DNA of 64,000 nt from Sphyrna mokarran (lineage: Eukaryota), in NCBI GenBank assembly GCA_024679065.1, contig JAGIQG010000011.1:42532001-42596000 (forward strand). The letters are read 5' to 3'. Position 1 is the stretch's first letter. Each line of letters begins with the position of its first letter. Under the pieces are notes generated by a model, which worked only from the letters and a program-made list of their open reading frames with translations, did no database searches and was not told the origin of the DNA. The translations under genes and the position numbers were made by a program. Below are positions 21,797 through 35,394 of this stretch, piece by piece.

Positions 21797-23137
21797 GTCA
21801 AGCATGGACATAATGAACTATACCCAACATCTTACAATATGATATATAGGAGGCACAGTTAGTAAGTTTGCAGATGACACAAAGATTGATGGCATAGTGG
21901 ACAGTGAGAAAGTTATCTCCAATTGTGAAGGAATCTTGATCAATTGGGCCAGTGGGCTGACGATGGCAGATGGAGTTTAATTTAGACAAATGCGAGGTGA
22001 TGCATTTTGGTAAACTGAATCAGGGCAGGACTTACTTAGTTAATGGTAGGGCATTGGGGAATTATAGAACAAAGAGATCTAGGGGTACGTATTCATAGCT
22101 CTTTGAAGGTGGAGTCACAGATGGACAGAGTGGTGAAGAAAGCATTTGGCATGCTCGGTCAGAACATTGAACACAGAGTTGGAATGTCTTGTTAAAATTA
22201 TACAAGACATTAGTACGGTCACACTTGGAATACTGTATGCGATTCTGGTCACCTTATTATAGAAAGGATATTCTTAAATTGGAAAGAGTGCAGAAAAGAT
22301 TTATTAGGATTTACCAGGATTTGATGGATTGAGTTATAAGGAGAAGTGGCGCAATAGCACAGTGGTTACCACTACTTCTTCACAACTCCAAGGATGTGAG
22401 TTTCATTCCCAGTTTGATTCCCAGCTTGTCTGTGTGCAGTCTGCACATTCTCTATACGTCTGTATGGGTTTCCTCCCACAGGCCAAAGATGTGTGGCCTG
22501 GGTGGCTATGCTAAAATTGTCCCTTAGTATCCTGAGATGCATAGATTAGAGGGATTAGCAGGTAAATGTATAGGCTATGCTAAAATTGTCCCTTAGTATC
22601 CTGAGATGCATAGATTAGAGGGATTAGCAGGTAAATGTATAGGGATGTGGGGGTAGGGCTTGACTGCAATTGTGGTCAGTGCAGACTTGATGGGCTCAAT
22701 AGCTTCCTTCTGTACTCTAGGGATTCTATGAATGGCTGGATAGACTGGGACTTTTTTCTATGGAGCATAGGAAGCTGAGGAATAATTTTATTGAGGTATA
22801 TAAAATAATGAAGAGCACAGAGCAGCTAGATAGTCAATATCTTTTCCCAAAGATAGAGGACTCTAAAACTAGAGGGCATAGGTTTAAGCTGTGAGGAGAG
22901 AGATACAAAAGTATCCAGAGGGGCAATTTTTTTCCCCACACAGAGGGTGGTGAGTATCTGAAACAAGCTGCCAGAGGTAGTAGTAGAGGTGGGTACAATT
23001 TTGTCTTTTAAAAAGCATTTAGATAGTTCATGGGTACAGTGGGTTTAGAGGGATATGGGCCAAATGCAGGCAATTGAAATGAGAGGCAAGTTGGGTCGTA
23101 GGGGCTGTTTCTATGCTGTAAACCTCTATGATTCTAT
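21797..23137 (+). mobile_element. CR1 LINE 3' fragment interrupted by a SINE
   Basis: SKFADDTK, QMEFNLDKCEVMHFG, LEYCMRFWSPYYRKDI motifs and a CTCTATGATTCTATG tail. Confidence 0.85.
22347..22731 (+). mobile_element. HE1-like SINE nested in CR1, with an internal 69-bp tandem duplication
   Basis: tRNA head. 22504-22572 equals 22573-22641. Confidence 0.82.
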
Positions 23138-23991
23138 GGTGACAGTGAATAGAACTCAAAACCTCACAAACATTGCAGAAGAAAATTAAAATCCTTGAAA
23201 AAAGGAGAAATTGAAGAAGCATTTTGACCTGAAGGAAAGTTCAATAAATGAAGCAGAAGAAAATCACCAGAGAAAAGTTCCAAAGAAAGTCTTAGAACTA
23301 AAGATAGAAATTAGATTCCTCACTGCAGCAAAAGGTTCCATTGAATCCTGTGGAATTCCAGACTATGCAGAGTCGGCAAATCTAGCAAGGGTGTGCTAAA
23401 TGTTTATAATTCTTGGCTAACATAAGTTATCCTGAAAAAATTCAGTACTGTTATTGTCAGAAATTGCCATTAAAGTTGCAGTCTGAGAAAACGGATGCAC
23501 AAGTCATCACCTAAACATCTGATAGCTGAGTTAGCTCTGAACAAATGATCAGAAGGATGGGGTCTGCCAGGGGACTCATTAGGAGGATTCTCGTTGCCCT
23601 TATGCCGGTTGTTGGGGGGAGATCACAATGCTACTGATGATTCAAGAGTGGAGTCCGATGGCTGTGGGGACAATGAGAAGAGGTCTCCCAGAGGGACACC
23701 CTGGGCACAACACCTCAGCACTCTGCAGCCACCTTTCCCTGCTGTACTTTGGCTCTGGTCTGAAATTAAGTTTCAGGAAAACTATTATTTAACTTTTCCT
23801 TTGTGTACCAAATGGTACTTAGCTTTAACCCCTATGACCAGGATTTGAGCAGACACATTATGAACTAAAAGATGGTGGTTAAAATGGATTTGAGAAAAAA
23901 AGGCACAGTCTTTCCTGTCGGATTTGCCTGTTTGAAATCAAGGAAGAATTTCTTGCCAAGTCATTTTGCTAGCCCTCTAGCCGAAATAAGT

Positions 23992-24650
23992 TCATAAGAT
24001 GTAGGATCAGAATTAGGTCACTCAGCTCATCAAGTTCACTCTGCCTTTCAACCATGGCTTATATGTTCCTCATCCCCATTTTCTTGCCTTTTCCTCATAA
24101 CCCTTCAACCTATTACCAACTAAAAATCTGTCTAACTCCTCCTTAAATTTACTCACTGTCCCAACATCCACTGCACTTTGGGGTAGCGAATTTTACAGTT
24201 TCACAACCCTTTTGGAGAAGCAGTTTCTCCCCACCTCTGTTTTAAATTTGTTATCCCTTATCCTAAGGCTATGGCCTCTTGTCTTAGAATGCCCCATTAG
24301 AAGTATCTGTCCACATCTACTTTATCCATACCTTTATTATATTTGAATACCTCAATCTGATCTCCCCTCAATCTTGTAAACTACAGAAAATATCAGCTTA
24401 ACTATTCAATCTCTCCTCATATGACAAACCCCTCATCTTTGGAATCAATCCAATGAACCTCTTTTGAACTGTCTCCAATACCATCACAATTTATGGGATC
24501 AAAACTGTGCATAATACTCCAGATGCAGCCTCACCAATGCCTTATGTAATTGCAACAATACTTCCTTATTGTTATATTCTATTCCTTCAGCTATGAATGC
24601 CAACATTCCATTTGCTTTCTTTATTATTTGCTGTACCTGTATGCTAGTTT
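23992..24650 (-). mobile_element. CR1 LINE 3' fragment
   Basis: Reverse-complement CR1 3' UTR (CATAAGATGTAGGATCAGAATTAGG...) and ORF2 C-terminus. Confidence 0.75.
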
Positions 24651-25199
24651 GCCGTTGCAATGTTGCAGTTTACTGCATCTCCTTTCTCAATCTCAACTCA
24701 ATGCTATTCTAACTGAGCCTCTCATGATACTGAACTTTACTTCAAATCTCAAATGGTCTATTACCAGGATCATTTGCTGCTATCTGGTAAGTATCACCTG
24801 TTCTTCCATTCCCACTGCCGTGGAAATACTTGTTTATGCCTTTTGCCACATCCAGAATATATTTTTCTGAAGCTTTTCACACTATTGCCCTGAACTGCAG
24901 CCTACACAAACTCCAAATGATCCAAAACTTTGTTGGCCTTCTGTTCTCCACATTTCCACTCACTTATTAACTCAACTTCAACTGACTCAGGGCTCAGTAG
25001 AAAATGTTCAAGCTTGTCTACAAATTCATTTGTCCTTACCTCTGAAGCTTCATTCGGCCCTTTATCTCCAGCCCTATTTTACCTGATATTCCTCCCTACA
25101 CAAACATAACCTGCAATTTGATAGCAACCCTCTCACCTACAATAGTGTCAAGTATCTGTACAAGTTTGGATGGGCTCACCTGCATTCGAAACAAAATAA

Positions 25200-26093
25200 A
25201 GAAACTTCTTTTCTTGCTGGTGGCGCACTCCAACCTGAGGAATATTTTATGAAGGCGAGGTAGAGGAGCAGTAAGCGACGTGTAATCAAATCAGTCGGGA
25301 TTCTGCTCAAAGCGATTTAAAAAAAAATCGGTTCTGTGCAAAATGCAGCGCAGGACATAAAACAATTCGGTTAATTGTTCAGGAATTTGAATGTAATTTA
25401 ATTAGGGTGTAATTTGTCACCTTTGAAAAGGGGGCGGGTGGAAGCTCTCCTACTGAGAGGGGTCTACCCATATTTCTAGAACATCAGAAAAAATTTTGCA
25501 CCTGAAATAAAGAGGATGCTTCCAGATTCCTTCTCATGTCCCAGGAATAACAGTTGGTATCCTCTCCGGAGGAAGCAATGCTGCTGTCGATGCTCAGGCT
25601 GAAGAAGGGATGCTGCTGAGCTGGGCCTCCTGGAGGGGTTGCCATGGTGACCGCATTGACGGCCCGCACCAGCCGGGGGAGGGGGTGGTCATGTGCTGAG
25701 GCAAAATGGCGTCTTGGAGGATGCAGACTGATGCGGACTAGGATTTGTCATTTTGCACTATTAATTCCCTCTGGACTACGTGGTACACAATTTACTTATA
25801 ATGTTTGCTGTTTGAAGCAATTCTTTTTTAGATGGGATTGGATAAAAACGCACAACTTTTCCCATTTGATTCATCTAGGCTGATCTTTATAATCAGGCTA
25901 AAATGTCTTTTTTTAGCTACTTAGTAAGTTAGGAGATGTCGTCTCAAATATGCAATTGTTTATTTTTTTCATGTTTTACAGGCGAAGGATCGGAAGTGTC
26001 CTTGAAGCGTTGAAGTGACTGGCATTGGCGGGTGTGAATCAGCGTGTGGGCAAATAAGCACACCGAAAGGAAAGGACCGGATTTCCAGAAATA
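25200..26093 (+). promoter_or_regulatory. CHN1: CHN1 promoter / 5' UTR region
   Basis: Local CpG/GC enrichment, GC box GGGGCGGG at ~25431-25438, YY1-like CAAAATGGCG at 25702-25711, acceptor-like ttttacag| at 25981 upstream of the ATG. Confidence 0.6.
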
Positions 26094-26112
26094 ATGGCTT
26101 TAACGGTGTTTG
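26094..26112 (+). CDS. CHN1: chimaerin-1 (alpha2-chimaerin) coding exon 1
   Basis: ATGGCTTTAACGGTGTTTG|gtaagt = MALTVF+G, matching the known alpha2-chimaerin N-terminus MALTLFD. In phase with exon 2. Confidence 0.85.
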
Positions 26113-26989
26113 GTAAGTTGCGCTGGCAAACTTGTAACAAAGCCATCTGATATTTCTGTTCATCCTTCTAGAAGCGGAATCCGTTGCGTTGCAGTGTGGA
26201 ATTGTTGCTTTTTAAAAATATGATTAAATGGGAATTGCTAGAGCTGTCTGTGGACTGGAGTCTGGTCATTGTGTTTGTTGCTGCATGCAAAGGCTTAATC
26301 CAAGGGCGTATGCTCCGAAACATGACATGTTGGCAAATTTTAATATAGAGAGTTAAGACATGTAAGTTTTTGTAATTGAAATTTGTTTTATTTATCAACA
26401 GTCATATTTCTTTCATAGTTTTTAGTAAATAGTACTTTGATATGTACATTAATCCTGAATTTGATTAATTTGAGGGATTGAAATCGCCATCTGTTTTAAT
26501 CTACAGAAAAAAATAACCTTAACTGTGCAAAGTATGTAAGTTTTATCAGTCATAATAAAATGGAAATTATTTTATGTCAATATTACTGATAGAGATCAAT
26601 GTTACTTAATTTCTAACGCAAGTTATTTTTGTTTCAAATGATCAAGTATTTTAGTTATGATAAAGTGAAGTGACAATAGGGGAAAGGGAAGGATTGTTAA
26701 TTACCTGATTAATATAAAAAAATAAAGTGATGAAGAACCCACCAACAGGTTGTTGAATCATCCTGTGACCAGTGCTGTTTCTGCTTGTAAGATTGACATG
26801 AAATTAAACACTGCTATGACCCTTTTATGTGCAGATTGCTAGCACTTACATTTAATGTCAGTTCAGTGGTGAACTCCAAAATATTCCAACAGGTAGCACA
26901 CAACAGTGTAAGGCATAGCTGAAGTTCTGTATTTTAATACGTGAAATTATAAAAATGCCAACAGTAGAAGGATACAATTTGACCCATTT

Positions 26990-28245
26990 TATTTGCACCA
27001 GTGATGGTTCTTCAGTTGGAGTTACATCCATAGCAAAGTTATTCCAGTATAGTCACAACACTGGCACCTGCCTGGCAATGTGGGAAAACTGCCCAGGTAT
27101 GCCCCATCTGCATAAGCACGAAAAATCCATCCTGACTGACTGCTGCCCTAGTCTACTCTTGATTATTATCAAAATAATGAAAAATGTTGTTAAAAGTACT
27201 ACCAAGGGCACTTATTCAGCAATAATCTTCTCATTGATGCTCAGTTTGAGTTCTGCCAGAGCCACTCAACTGTTAACTTAATTGCAAGCTTTATCCAAAC
27301 GTGGAGAAGTGAGATTGACAACCCTTGACATCAAAGCAGTACTTGAGCGACTATGGTATCAAGGACCCCGACTAAAATCCTCTCAGAACTTGGACATCAG
27401 TAGAGGAGTTCCTCAAGGGAGTGTCCTAGGCCCAACTATCTTCAGTCGTTTCATCAATGACCTTCCTTTCATCATAAGATTAGAAGTTGGGAATATTTGC
27501 TGATGATTGGTATTGAACATTGCACATTCATGACTCCTCAGATATTGAAACAGTTTGTGTCAGTTTGTAGCAAGACCTGGACAACATTCAGACTTAGGCT
27601 GATAAGTGGAAGGCAACATTCATGTCACACAAAGGCCAAGAAATGACTGGATTTTCCCTTGTTGGAGACAATCATCTCTCTTTAACGTTCAATAGCATTT
27701 CCATTGCTGAATTCTCCATTATCAACGTCCTTGCGCATTACTATTGATCAGAAACAACTGGACTAGCCATATAAATACTGTGGCTACAAGGCAGGTTCAG
27801 AGGCTGGGAATTCTGCAATGAGTAACTCCCCTCCTGTCAACCATCTACTAAGTACAAGTTAGAACTGTGATGAAATACATTCCACTTACTGCCAGTGAAG
27901 TTCAAATAACATTCAAGAAGCTTCAGTATCCACTCCCTCCATTACTGACATTCAGTGGTGGCAGTGCTTACCATCTACCAGATGCACTGCAGAAACAAAA
28001 CCAAGGCTCCTTCAATATCACCTTCCAAACCTGGGACCACTGTCACCTAGAAGAAAAAGAAGGATAGCAGTTCATGGGAATATTGTCACATGTAAGTTCT
28101 GCTTCAGGCCGTGCGCCATCCTGACTTGGAATTATATCGGTGTTCCTTCACTGTCATTGGGTCAAATTCCTGGAACTCCTTCCTTGACACCATGAACTGC
28201 AGCAGTTCACCACCACCTTGAGGGCAGTTAGGAATGGGCAATAAA
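26990..28245 (+). mobile_element. CR1/L2-superclade LINE fragment
   Basis: RGVPQGSVLGPTIFSRFINDLP, FADD, and tail GGGCAGTTAGGAATGGGCAATAAA. Confidence 0.8.
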
Positions 28246-28620
28246 AACTTTGGAATAAAGCAAAAATGCTGGAAAAATTCAGCAGATCTGGCAGCATTGG
28301 TGGCAAGAGAAACAGAATTAATATTTTTTAGCTGTTAAGAGGAGTAAGAATGTGAAGCATTTTATTCTGTTGAAGAATGAGGGTGGAACATGTGGAGCAA
28401 AATAAAAGTTTAGGGATATGTAGAAGCTCAGGGAAGATGTAAGAGGCACTAGACGAAGGGAGTGATAATAGTGGTAAAGACAAGGGCAGGTGGTAATAGA
28501 AGTGCTGAAAAGATTAAAAATAATATTTGCCCTTTTCATATACCATTGTCAGCTGTGGCTTAATTGGTGGCACTCCTGCCACCCAGTCAGAAAAATGTGG
28601 TTTCAAGTCCCGTACTTATG

Positions 28621-29830
28621 AAATCATAGAATGGTTCTAGCACAGAAAGGGGCCATTTTGCTCAATAGATCCTTGTTGGCCATGCAATTTTATTTCTCTT
28701 CAAGTAATCATCTAATTCTCTTTTTTGAAAGCCCTGATTGAATTTGCCACCACCACACATCCAGGTAGTGTATTCCAAATTCTAACCACTTGCTATATGG
28801 GGAAAAAATGTTTCCCTCATGTCGCCTTTGCTTTTTTTTTTCTGCCAATCATCTTAAAATCAGTGTTCTGTTTTTCTTTATCCTTTGCCAGTGGAAACAT
28901 CCTCCACTTCTGCCCTGTACTTGTTTTTGAACCACCATATATTAAGCTGATCTTTTTCTATACCCTAGCTCTGACTATAACACTATATTCTGCATCCTTT
29001 CCTTTTCTTCTGCCCAATGTACTCTATGGTTTTTTTTTGTGTAGCACGCGAGAAATATTACTTTTCTCTCTATACTAATATGTGGGAAAGTAATAAATCA
29101 AATTTCTTCCTAATCTTCTCTCCTTCAAAGAGAAGAACCCCAGCTTCTCCAATCTATCCATATAATTGAAGTTATTCATCCTTGGAATCATTCTTATGGA
29201 CCTTTTTCTGCACGCTTTCTAATGTTGTCACATTTTTCCTAAATGTAGTTGTCAAAATAGAAACAACACTTAGCTGAGGCTGAATCAATATTTTTTACAG
29301 ATTTATCATAGCCTGCTTTAATATTCTATAACCCTATGTATAATCTCAGGCTCTCTCATTTACTCATGACTTTCTTCTGCCCTGCCTTCTTCCATGATTT
29401 GTGCATATGTATTTTCCTTAGCCCTCTATTCCTGCACTCCCTTCAGAACTGTCACCTGAATTTTACATTAGCTTTCCTCATTTTTCCTATTGAAATGAAT
29501 TACTTTGCATTTCCTTAAATTTAATCTGCCACTTCTCTGCCCAATCCATCTGCCTGCCTTATGTCCTTAAGAAGGTTTACACAATTCTTCTCACAGTTCA
29601 CAATACTTACAAGTTTTGTCATCTACGAATTTTGAAATAGCACTCTGTATACTAAGCAAACAACTATTAATTCTACACTGGTGATTGTTTCTAAAATATT
29701 TCCTCCCACCAAGGTTAACTGACTGTCCTGCAGTTGCTGAATTTGTCCTTGCACTCTTTTTTTTAAAATTCCAGACAAGGCGATAATATTTGCAATCCTC
29801 CAGTTCTTTGACAGCACCCTATATCTAAGA
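28621..29830 (-). mobile_element. degenerate CR1-like LINE pieces (short Rex1-like tail nested near 28960-29100)
   Basis: ATCATAGAATGGTTCTAGCACAGAAAGGGGCCATT tail plus reverse-strand RT-like remnants. Confidence 0.55.
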
Positions 29831-29859
29831 AGCATTGCAAGATTAGGGCAACATGCGTA

Positions 29860-30092
29860 TTTGGCTGACGTTCCAGTGCAGTGATGATAATACTGTACTG
29901 TCAGAGATGCTGTTTTCAAATAAAAAGTTGAACCAAGGACCTATGATATGCATAGAATTCTGCAAATACTTCACAATAAACATTACTAAGATAAAGTAAG
30001 TTATCTGGTTGCATGAACATTGCTTTTGTGAAGTCTTGCTGTGTACAAATTGGCTGCTAGAGGTTTGGAAATGGTCTGCATAAATGCAAATC
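29860..30092 (+). mobile_element. Deu-domain SINE fragment
   Basis: TTATCTGGT...ATTGCTTTTGTG...TCTTGCTGTGTACAAATTGGCTGC...ATAAATGCAA. Confidence 0.6.
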
Positions 30093-30142
30093 TTCCCCCC
30101 CCCCCCCCTTCAAATATTATCCAGATCTACTTGGTATCCACT

Positions 30143-31745
30143 TGATTTGATTTATTATTATCACATGTATTAACATACAGTGAAAAGTATTATTTCTTGT
30201 GTGTTATACAGATAAAGTATACCATTCATAGAAGCAAGCAGAATGTAGTGTTGCAGTCATAGCTAGGATGTAGAGAAAGATCAACTTAACGTAAGGTAAG
30301 TCCATTCAGAAATCTGATTGCAGCAGGGAAGAAGCTGTTCTTGAATTGGTTGATACGCAACCTCAGACTTTTGCATCTTTTTCCTGAAGGAAGGAGGATG
30401 AAGAGAGAATGGCCGGAGTGCTTTGCCGAGGCAGTGGGATGTGTGGACAGATTCAGTGGATGGGAGACATTCACGATCTGTTGTAATTCCTTGTGGTCTT
30501 GGGCAGAGCAGGAGCCACACCAAGCTGTGATACAACCAGAAATAATACTCTCTATGGTTCATCTGTAAACATTGGTGAGAGTTGTAGCTGATGTGCCAAA
30601 TTTCCTTAGTCTTCTGAGAACGTAGAGGTGTTGGTGGGCTTTCTTAACAATAATGTCAGCATAGGGGGGACCCGGACAAGTTGTTAGTGACCTGGGCACC
30701 TAAAAACTTGAAGCTTTTGATTCTTTCTACTTCATCCTCATTGATGTAGGCAGGGACATGTTCTCCTTTACGCTTCCTGAAGTCAATGACAATCTTCTTT
30801 GTTTTGTTGATATTGAGGAGAGATTATTGTTGCTGCACCAGTTCACCAGATTGTCTGTTTCATTATTGTACTCTGTCTTGTTGTTTGAGATCTGACTACA
30901 ACGGTGGTGTCATCAGCAAACTTGAAAATCAAATTGTGAGAAATTTAGCTGCATAGTTATAGGTGTATAAGGAGTTTAGTAGAAGGCTGAGAACACAGCC
31001 TTGTGTGACACCAGTGTTGAAGATGATCGTGGAGGAGGTGTTGTTGCCTATCCTTATTGATTGTGGTGTGTGAGTTGGTAAGTTCAGGATCCAGTTGCAG
31101 AAGGAGGTGTCAAGATCCAAGCCACGGAGTTTGGAGATGAATTTCGGGGGAATAATAGTGTTGAAGGCTGAGTTGTAGTCAACAAATAGGTGTCTGACAT
31201 AGGTCTCCTTGTTATCTAGGTGTTCCAGAGTTGAGTGCAGGACCGGGGAAGTGGCATCAGCTGTGGACCTGTTGCAGCAGTAGGCAAACTGGATCCAGGT
31301 AGTTTGGGAGGCTGGAATTGATTTCTGTCGTGACTAACCTTTTGAAGCACTTCATAATGATGGATGTCAGAGTCATTGGCCAATAGTCATTAAGGCATGC
31401 TGTTTGTTTTTGCTTAAGTACTGGGATGATGGTCATCTTTTTGAAGCAGTTGGGAGCTCAGATTATTGTAAAGAGAGATTGAAGATGTCTGTGAATATCT
31501 CCGCCAGCTGATCTGTGCAGGAACTGAGTGCATGCCCAGGTACCCCATTTGGGCCAGTTACTTCCCATTGGTTGACCTTCAAGAAAGGTGCTCTGATATC
31601 TGCAATGGTGATCCCAGGTTCATTCAGGGCTTCAGAGTGGAGGGCATGCTCTCAATGACCTCTTGTTCAAAATGGATGTAGAATGCATTGAGTTCATCAG
31701 GGAGGGAATGCTTTGGAGCCAGTGATTTTTATATGCCTTCATCTT
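30143..31745 (-). mobile_element. Rex1/Babar LINE fragment
   Basis: FCNWILN...[47 protein letters not shown], and a (TTTGA)n tail. Confidence 0.85.
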
Positions 31746-31889
31746 CTACTTGTAGTAGATATTATTTTAATAACGCAGTGAGGACAGATCTAACGTTCCA
31801 TAGTTCTTCAAGTGATAATCATCCCTTGGTCCTTAACCCTTTGCAACAAATTCACTATCCTAAGTAAACAACATTTTTTTCTTCTCACT

Positions 31890-32580
31890 TGTTCTTGGGA
31901 TGTGCGTATTGCTGACAAGGCCAACACCTATGGCCATCCCTAATTGAAAAAATGATGAACTGTTGTCTTGAGCTACTGCAATCCTTGTGGAGGATTACCA
32001 TATCCAATTGTAAATAATAGTGAACATTAAATTACTAGTAAGAGGATAATTCTTCATGGACATTCCCATTCTCAATGATGGGGGAGTCATTGATGCAAAA
32101 AGCACTATCTTCAGTGTTGTTGGGGAGGGATTTTCAGAATTTGGCCCAGCAACAAGAAAATTTACAATTGATGGTGTTCCCATGCACCTGTTATCCTTGT
32201 TCTTCTAATTGTTAAAGATGCTGTTGAAAGAACCTTGGCAAGGTGTTCCCAATATGCATATTCTAAATGCAGTGGTGAGGGTGGGTCGGGTGCTAATTAA
32301 GTAGCTTGCTTCATCTGAGATCGTGTCAATCTTTTTGTGTGTTTTTGGAGCGGCATAAGCAGAGTATTCCATTACCTTCTTGATATGTCTTGTAGATGAT
32401 GGAAAAGCTTTGGAAAGTCGGTTGTTGCAGAATGTGAATTCTGTGACCTGCTTTTGCAGCCATAGTATTTATATGACTTGTCTGGTTAAGTTTTTGCTCA
32501 TTGTACCTCAGCTGATGGTGAGGATTCAGAAGTGGTAAGGATATTGAATGTTAAGTGGGTAAGTGGTTAGATTTATAATT
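31890..32580 (-). mobile_element. CR1/L2-superclade LINE 3' fragment
   Basis: Reverse complement of the family at 26990-28245. Confidence 0.6.
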
Positions 32581-32784
32581 AAAGTAAAAGCAAAATCTTG
32601 CAGATGATGGATATGTGAAATAAAAACAGAAAATGCTGGATAAAGAAAACTGATCTGGCAGAGCCTTTTGTTACCTGGCACTTGTATGGCATGAAGATTG
32701 CTTGCCACTGAGAAGCCCAAAGTTGAAGATCTTGATCCACATGGGCATAGATGGCTTAATTATTTGCTTAGTTGTAGGTGGGCA

Positions 32785-33205
32785 CAGTTCAGAAGATTTA
32801 CTAATCATTAGGCTGATTACTGGAATGAGAGATCTGCCTTATGAGGAGCAGGTTGGGCCGATACTCATTTGAAGTTTAGAAGAATGAGAGGTGATCTTAT
32901 GGAACCATATAAGATCCTGAGGGACGTGACAATATATGCTGAGAGGATGTTTCCCCTTGTGAGTGAATCTCGAACTAGGGGGATATCATTTAAAAATAAG
33001 GGATCTCTCGTTTAAGGTATTGGTGAAAAGGAATTTCTTTTTGGAAGGTTATTGATGTTCCACAGTGAGCAATGGAGGCTGAATCATTAAATATATTGAC
33101 ATGAGTTATGGGGGCAGGCAAGAAAGTGAAGTTAAATCCACAATTGGATCAGTCACGAACTTATTGAATGGTGGAGCAAATTTGGTGGGATAAATGGCCT
33201 ACTCC
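32785..33205 (+). mobile_element. CR1 LINE 3' fragment
   Basis: AGAAGAATGAGAGGTGATCTTAT...GAATGGTGGAGCA...AAATGGCCTACTCC. Confidence 0.75.
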
Positions 33206-33219
33206 AATCACACGACTAT

Positions 33220-35190
33220 GTAGCTAGAGCTGTCAATCAGATTGGTTACATTTTAAAACCCCAAAATTACCCCTCCCCACTTTTTCATATTGAATTTGAG
33301 ATACAATTACACTTTTTCCTAGTGAGTAAAAGACATTATTTGCATGCATGTCTTATTGTCCAGTGTTCTCATAACATTTAACAACTGTTTGTTCTACTAG
33401 CCAATCTTGGTATGTGCATTGCACGTATGGAGTGGGGTTTTCCTGCTGTAATCACCCCCAAGTTGAAAAAATCCAACCCAAGATCAGTGGGCCTTTGCAT
33501 GGTCTGTGTTCTGCCTGCCACAATTCCCATGGTGGATGGGACAGGAAAATTCCACTCAGTCTTTATATTTTGGAGGTCTCTCTATAGAACATGTGCACGT
33601 TGACACTGACTGTCTGTGTGGTTGTTCCTTGTCCAGAGGATATTGTTCCACATAGCCACTGTTGTCTTGTTGACTGTTCCATTGTGGTTGTTGGGAACAT
33701 AATGAATCTTTGGGATTGATAGTAATTCTGTATTCAGAGTTGATGAGATTGCTTTCTCGTTGACCTGCTGATTGAAGTGAAGGAGCAGCATGCTACTTGA
33801 ATGTATATGCCTGCAGTTGCGCATATATAACTATTTGAGTGATTTCAAATCCCCCTTTGAGTTGCCAATTGTGGAATTATGGTTCATTCTTTCCTCCTAA
33901 TACCTTTTCTATTTTCCTGAAATTTGCTGAAATTTCACAGCTTGCTTTATTGGCTTATTGTGCGTTTTTTAAAGGTATACACTGAGCTTGGATCTATCTC
34001 TCAAATCTTATTCACTTGATACTCTCCCTCTGTGATCATCATTGTAACAGTTACAAACCATTTGTTAACTATGGATTTGACTAAACTAACCTGTTGTATT
34101 GTATATAATTCTTCATCAGACTTGTCTGCAAATATCTCTTCAATGGCCATGGTTTGTTTTGCTTTAATCTGCTGAAACTCCTGCAAAATTATTTTGTTTC
34201 TTGCAGTTAAAACACCGGTTTCTGCATGCTAGGCAATTCTTTTCCTGCTGCGCTGTACAGTATTTGCATCCTACTTGTTGTCTGCAATTGCTCTGCTCCA
34301 TCACCTCAAACTGCCTTGTAGCGTAATGTATCTTTTGGTCTGCCCTGTCAAACACATTTTCCAGTTGATGTTTCACATTTGCATTTTAACACACGTTTAC
34401 TGCTTTCTTTAATGCCAATTACCCATCTTTCCGTAGATTTGCACTGGCTGTGGGGTCTTGTGATTAAGACTAGTCTATCTTTAATCAGATTCTCTTTTAA
34501 CTCTGCAAATTTGCATGATTCTAGCTGCATTACTGCTGTGATGTACCATTTCATAGTTTCATTTTCACTCTCAACTCACATGCTGAATATATAATGTTCA
34601 TGCATAATATTCATTTCAGCGTTTTCACCTGTATTCAGGGCTTTCAAAATCTCTTACTTTTTTTGCTTTGCTCATCTGTTAGATTTAGGGTGGTAGTGGT
34701 CACTCCCCAGTAATGTTTGGAGAGTGGCTATTCTTATTGGTCCAGTTGTGTTAACTAAGTTTGTTGCAATCCCATCATTTTGCCATTGTAAGTGGAAAAC
34801 TGCCAGTTGTGGCCGTGCATCATTTTTTTTCAATTGAATTGGAGATGAGATTAGAAACTTTACTGCAGCTATTTTTACTCAGTCAGCTTATCGATTATGC
34901 CTTGTGGCATTTGTCTTTTTCAGCAACTTTCTTTCTTTTTGCAGATGTTGAATTTTCTGCGTTCATGAGTTCAGTGTCTTCTTTGCCACTTTCTCAGGAT
35001 TCAAGAATCTATTTTTATTCACTTCTGTTTCTTGTCTAAGGACAGCTGTCCTCGTCATTGTGTTTTCACAGAGTATCTTTATTGAACTGATATTAGTACG
35101 TCTGTCTTCAAAGACAGCCATATGGCGTAGTCACATAGCTATGGAAAGCTAGAGGTGTCAATTAGAAAGGTTACATTTCAAAACTTAAAC
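33220..35190 (-). mobile_element. decayed Ty3/Gypsy LTR retrotransposon (gag region) with LTR-like direct repeat remnants
   Basis: ESCKFAELKENLIKDRLVL and a CKYC...CFNCKKQNNF zinc-knuckle. AGCTAGAG(C/G)TGTCAAT(C/T)AGA..GGTTACATTT repeated at ~33221 and ~35147. Confidence 0.7.
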
Positions 35191-35394
35191 TATAATAGAA
35201 AATTTTCTTACCCATGTTTGACCTGATGCCGTGAGACTTAATAGAGTTCGGAGGTGGCATTGAGGGACCCCAGGACCTCTCCCTCATGGTTGCATATCAT
35301 TGTGCTGTCTATCTATGGGATGCAAAGTAGCTATGGCTGATTATAGAGGAGTTTGATACATTGGCTTTATGGTACAATTTGGAATGTTGGCACA

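Noticed and set aside
23150-23400. Lys/Glu-rich ORF-like purine tract
   Set aside because: Stops in all frames and no convincing splice sites. Probably a decayed repeat.
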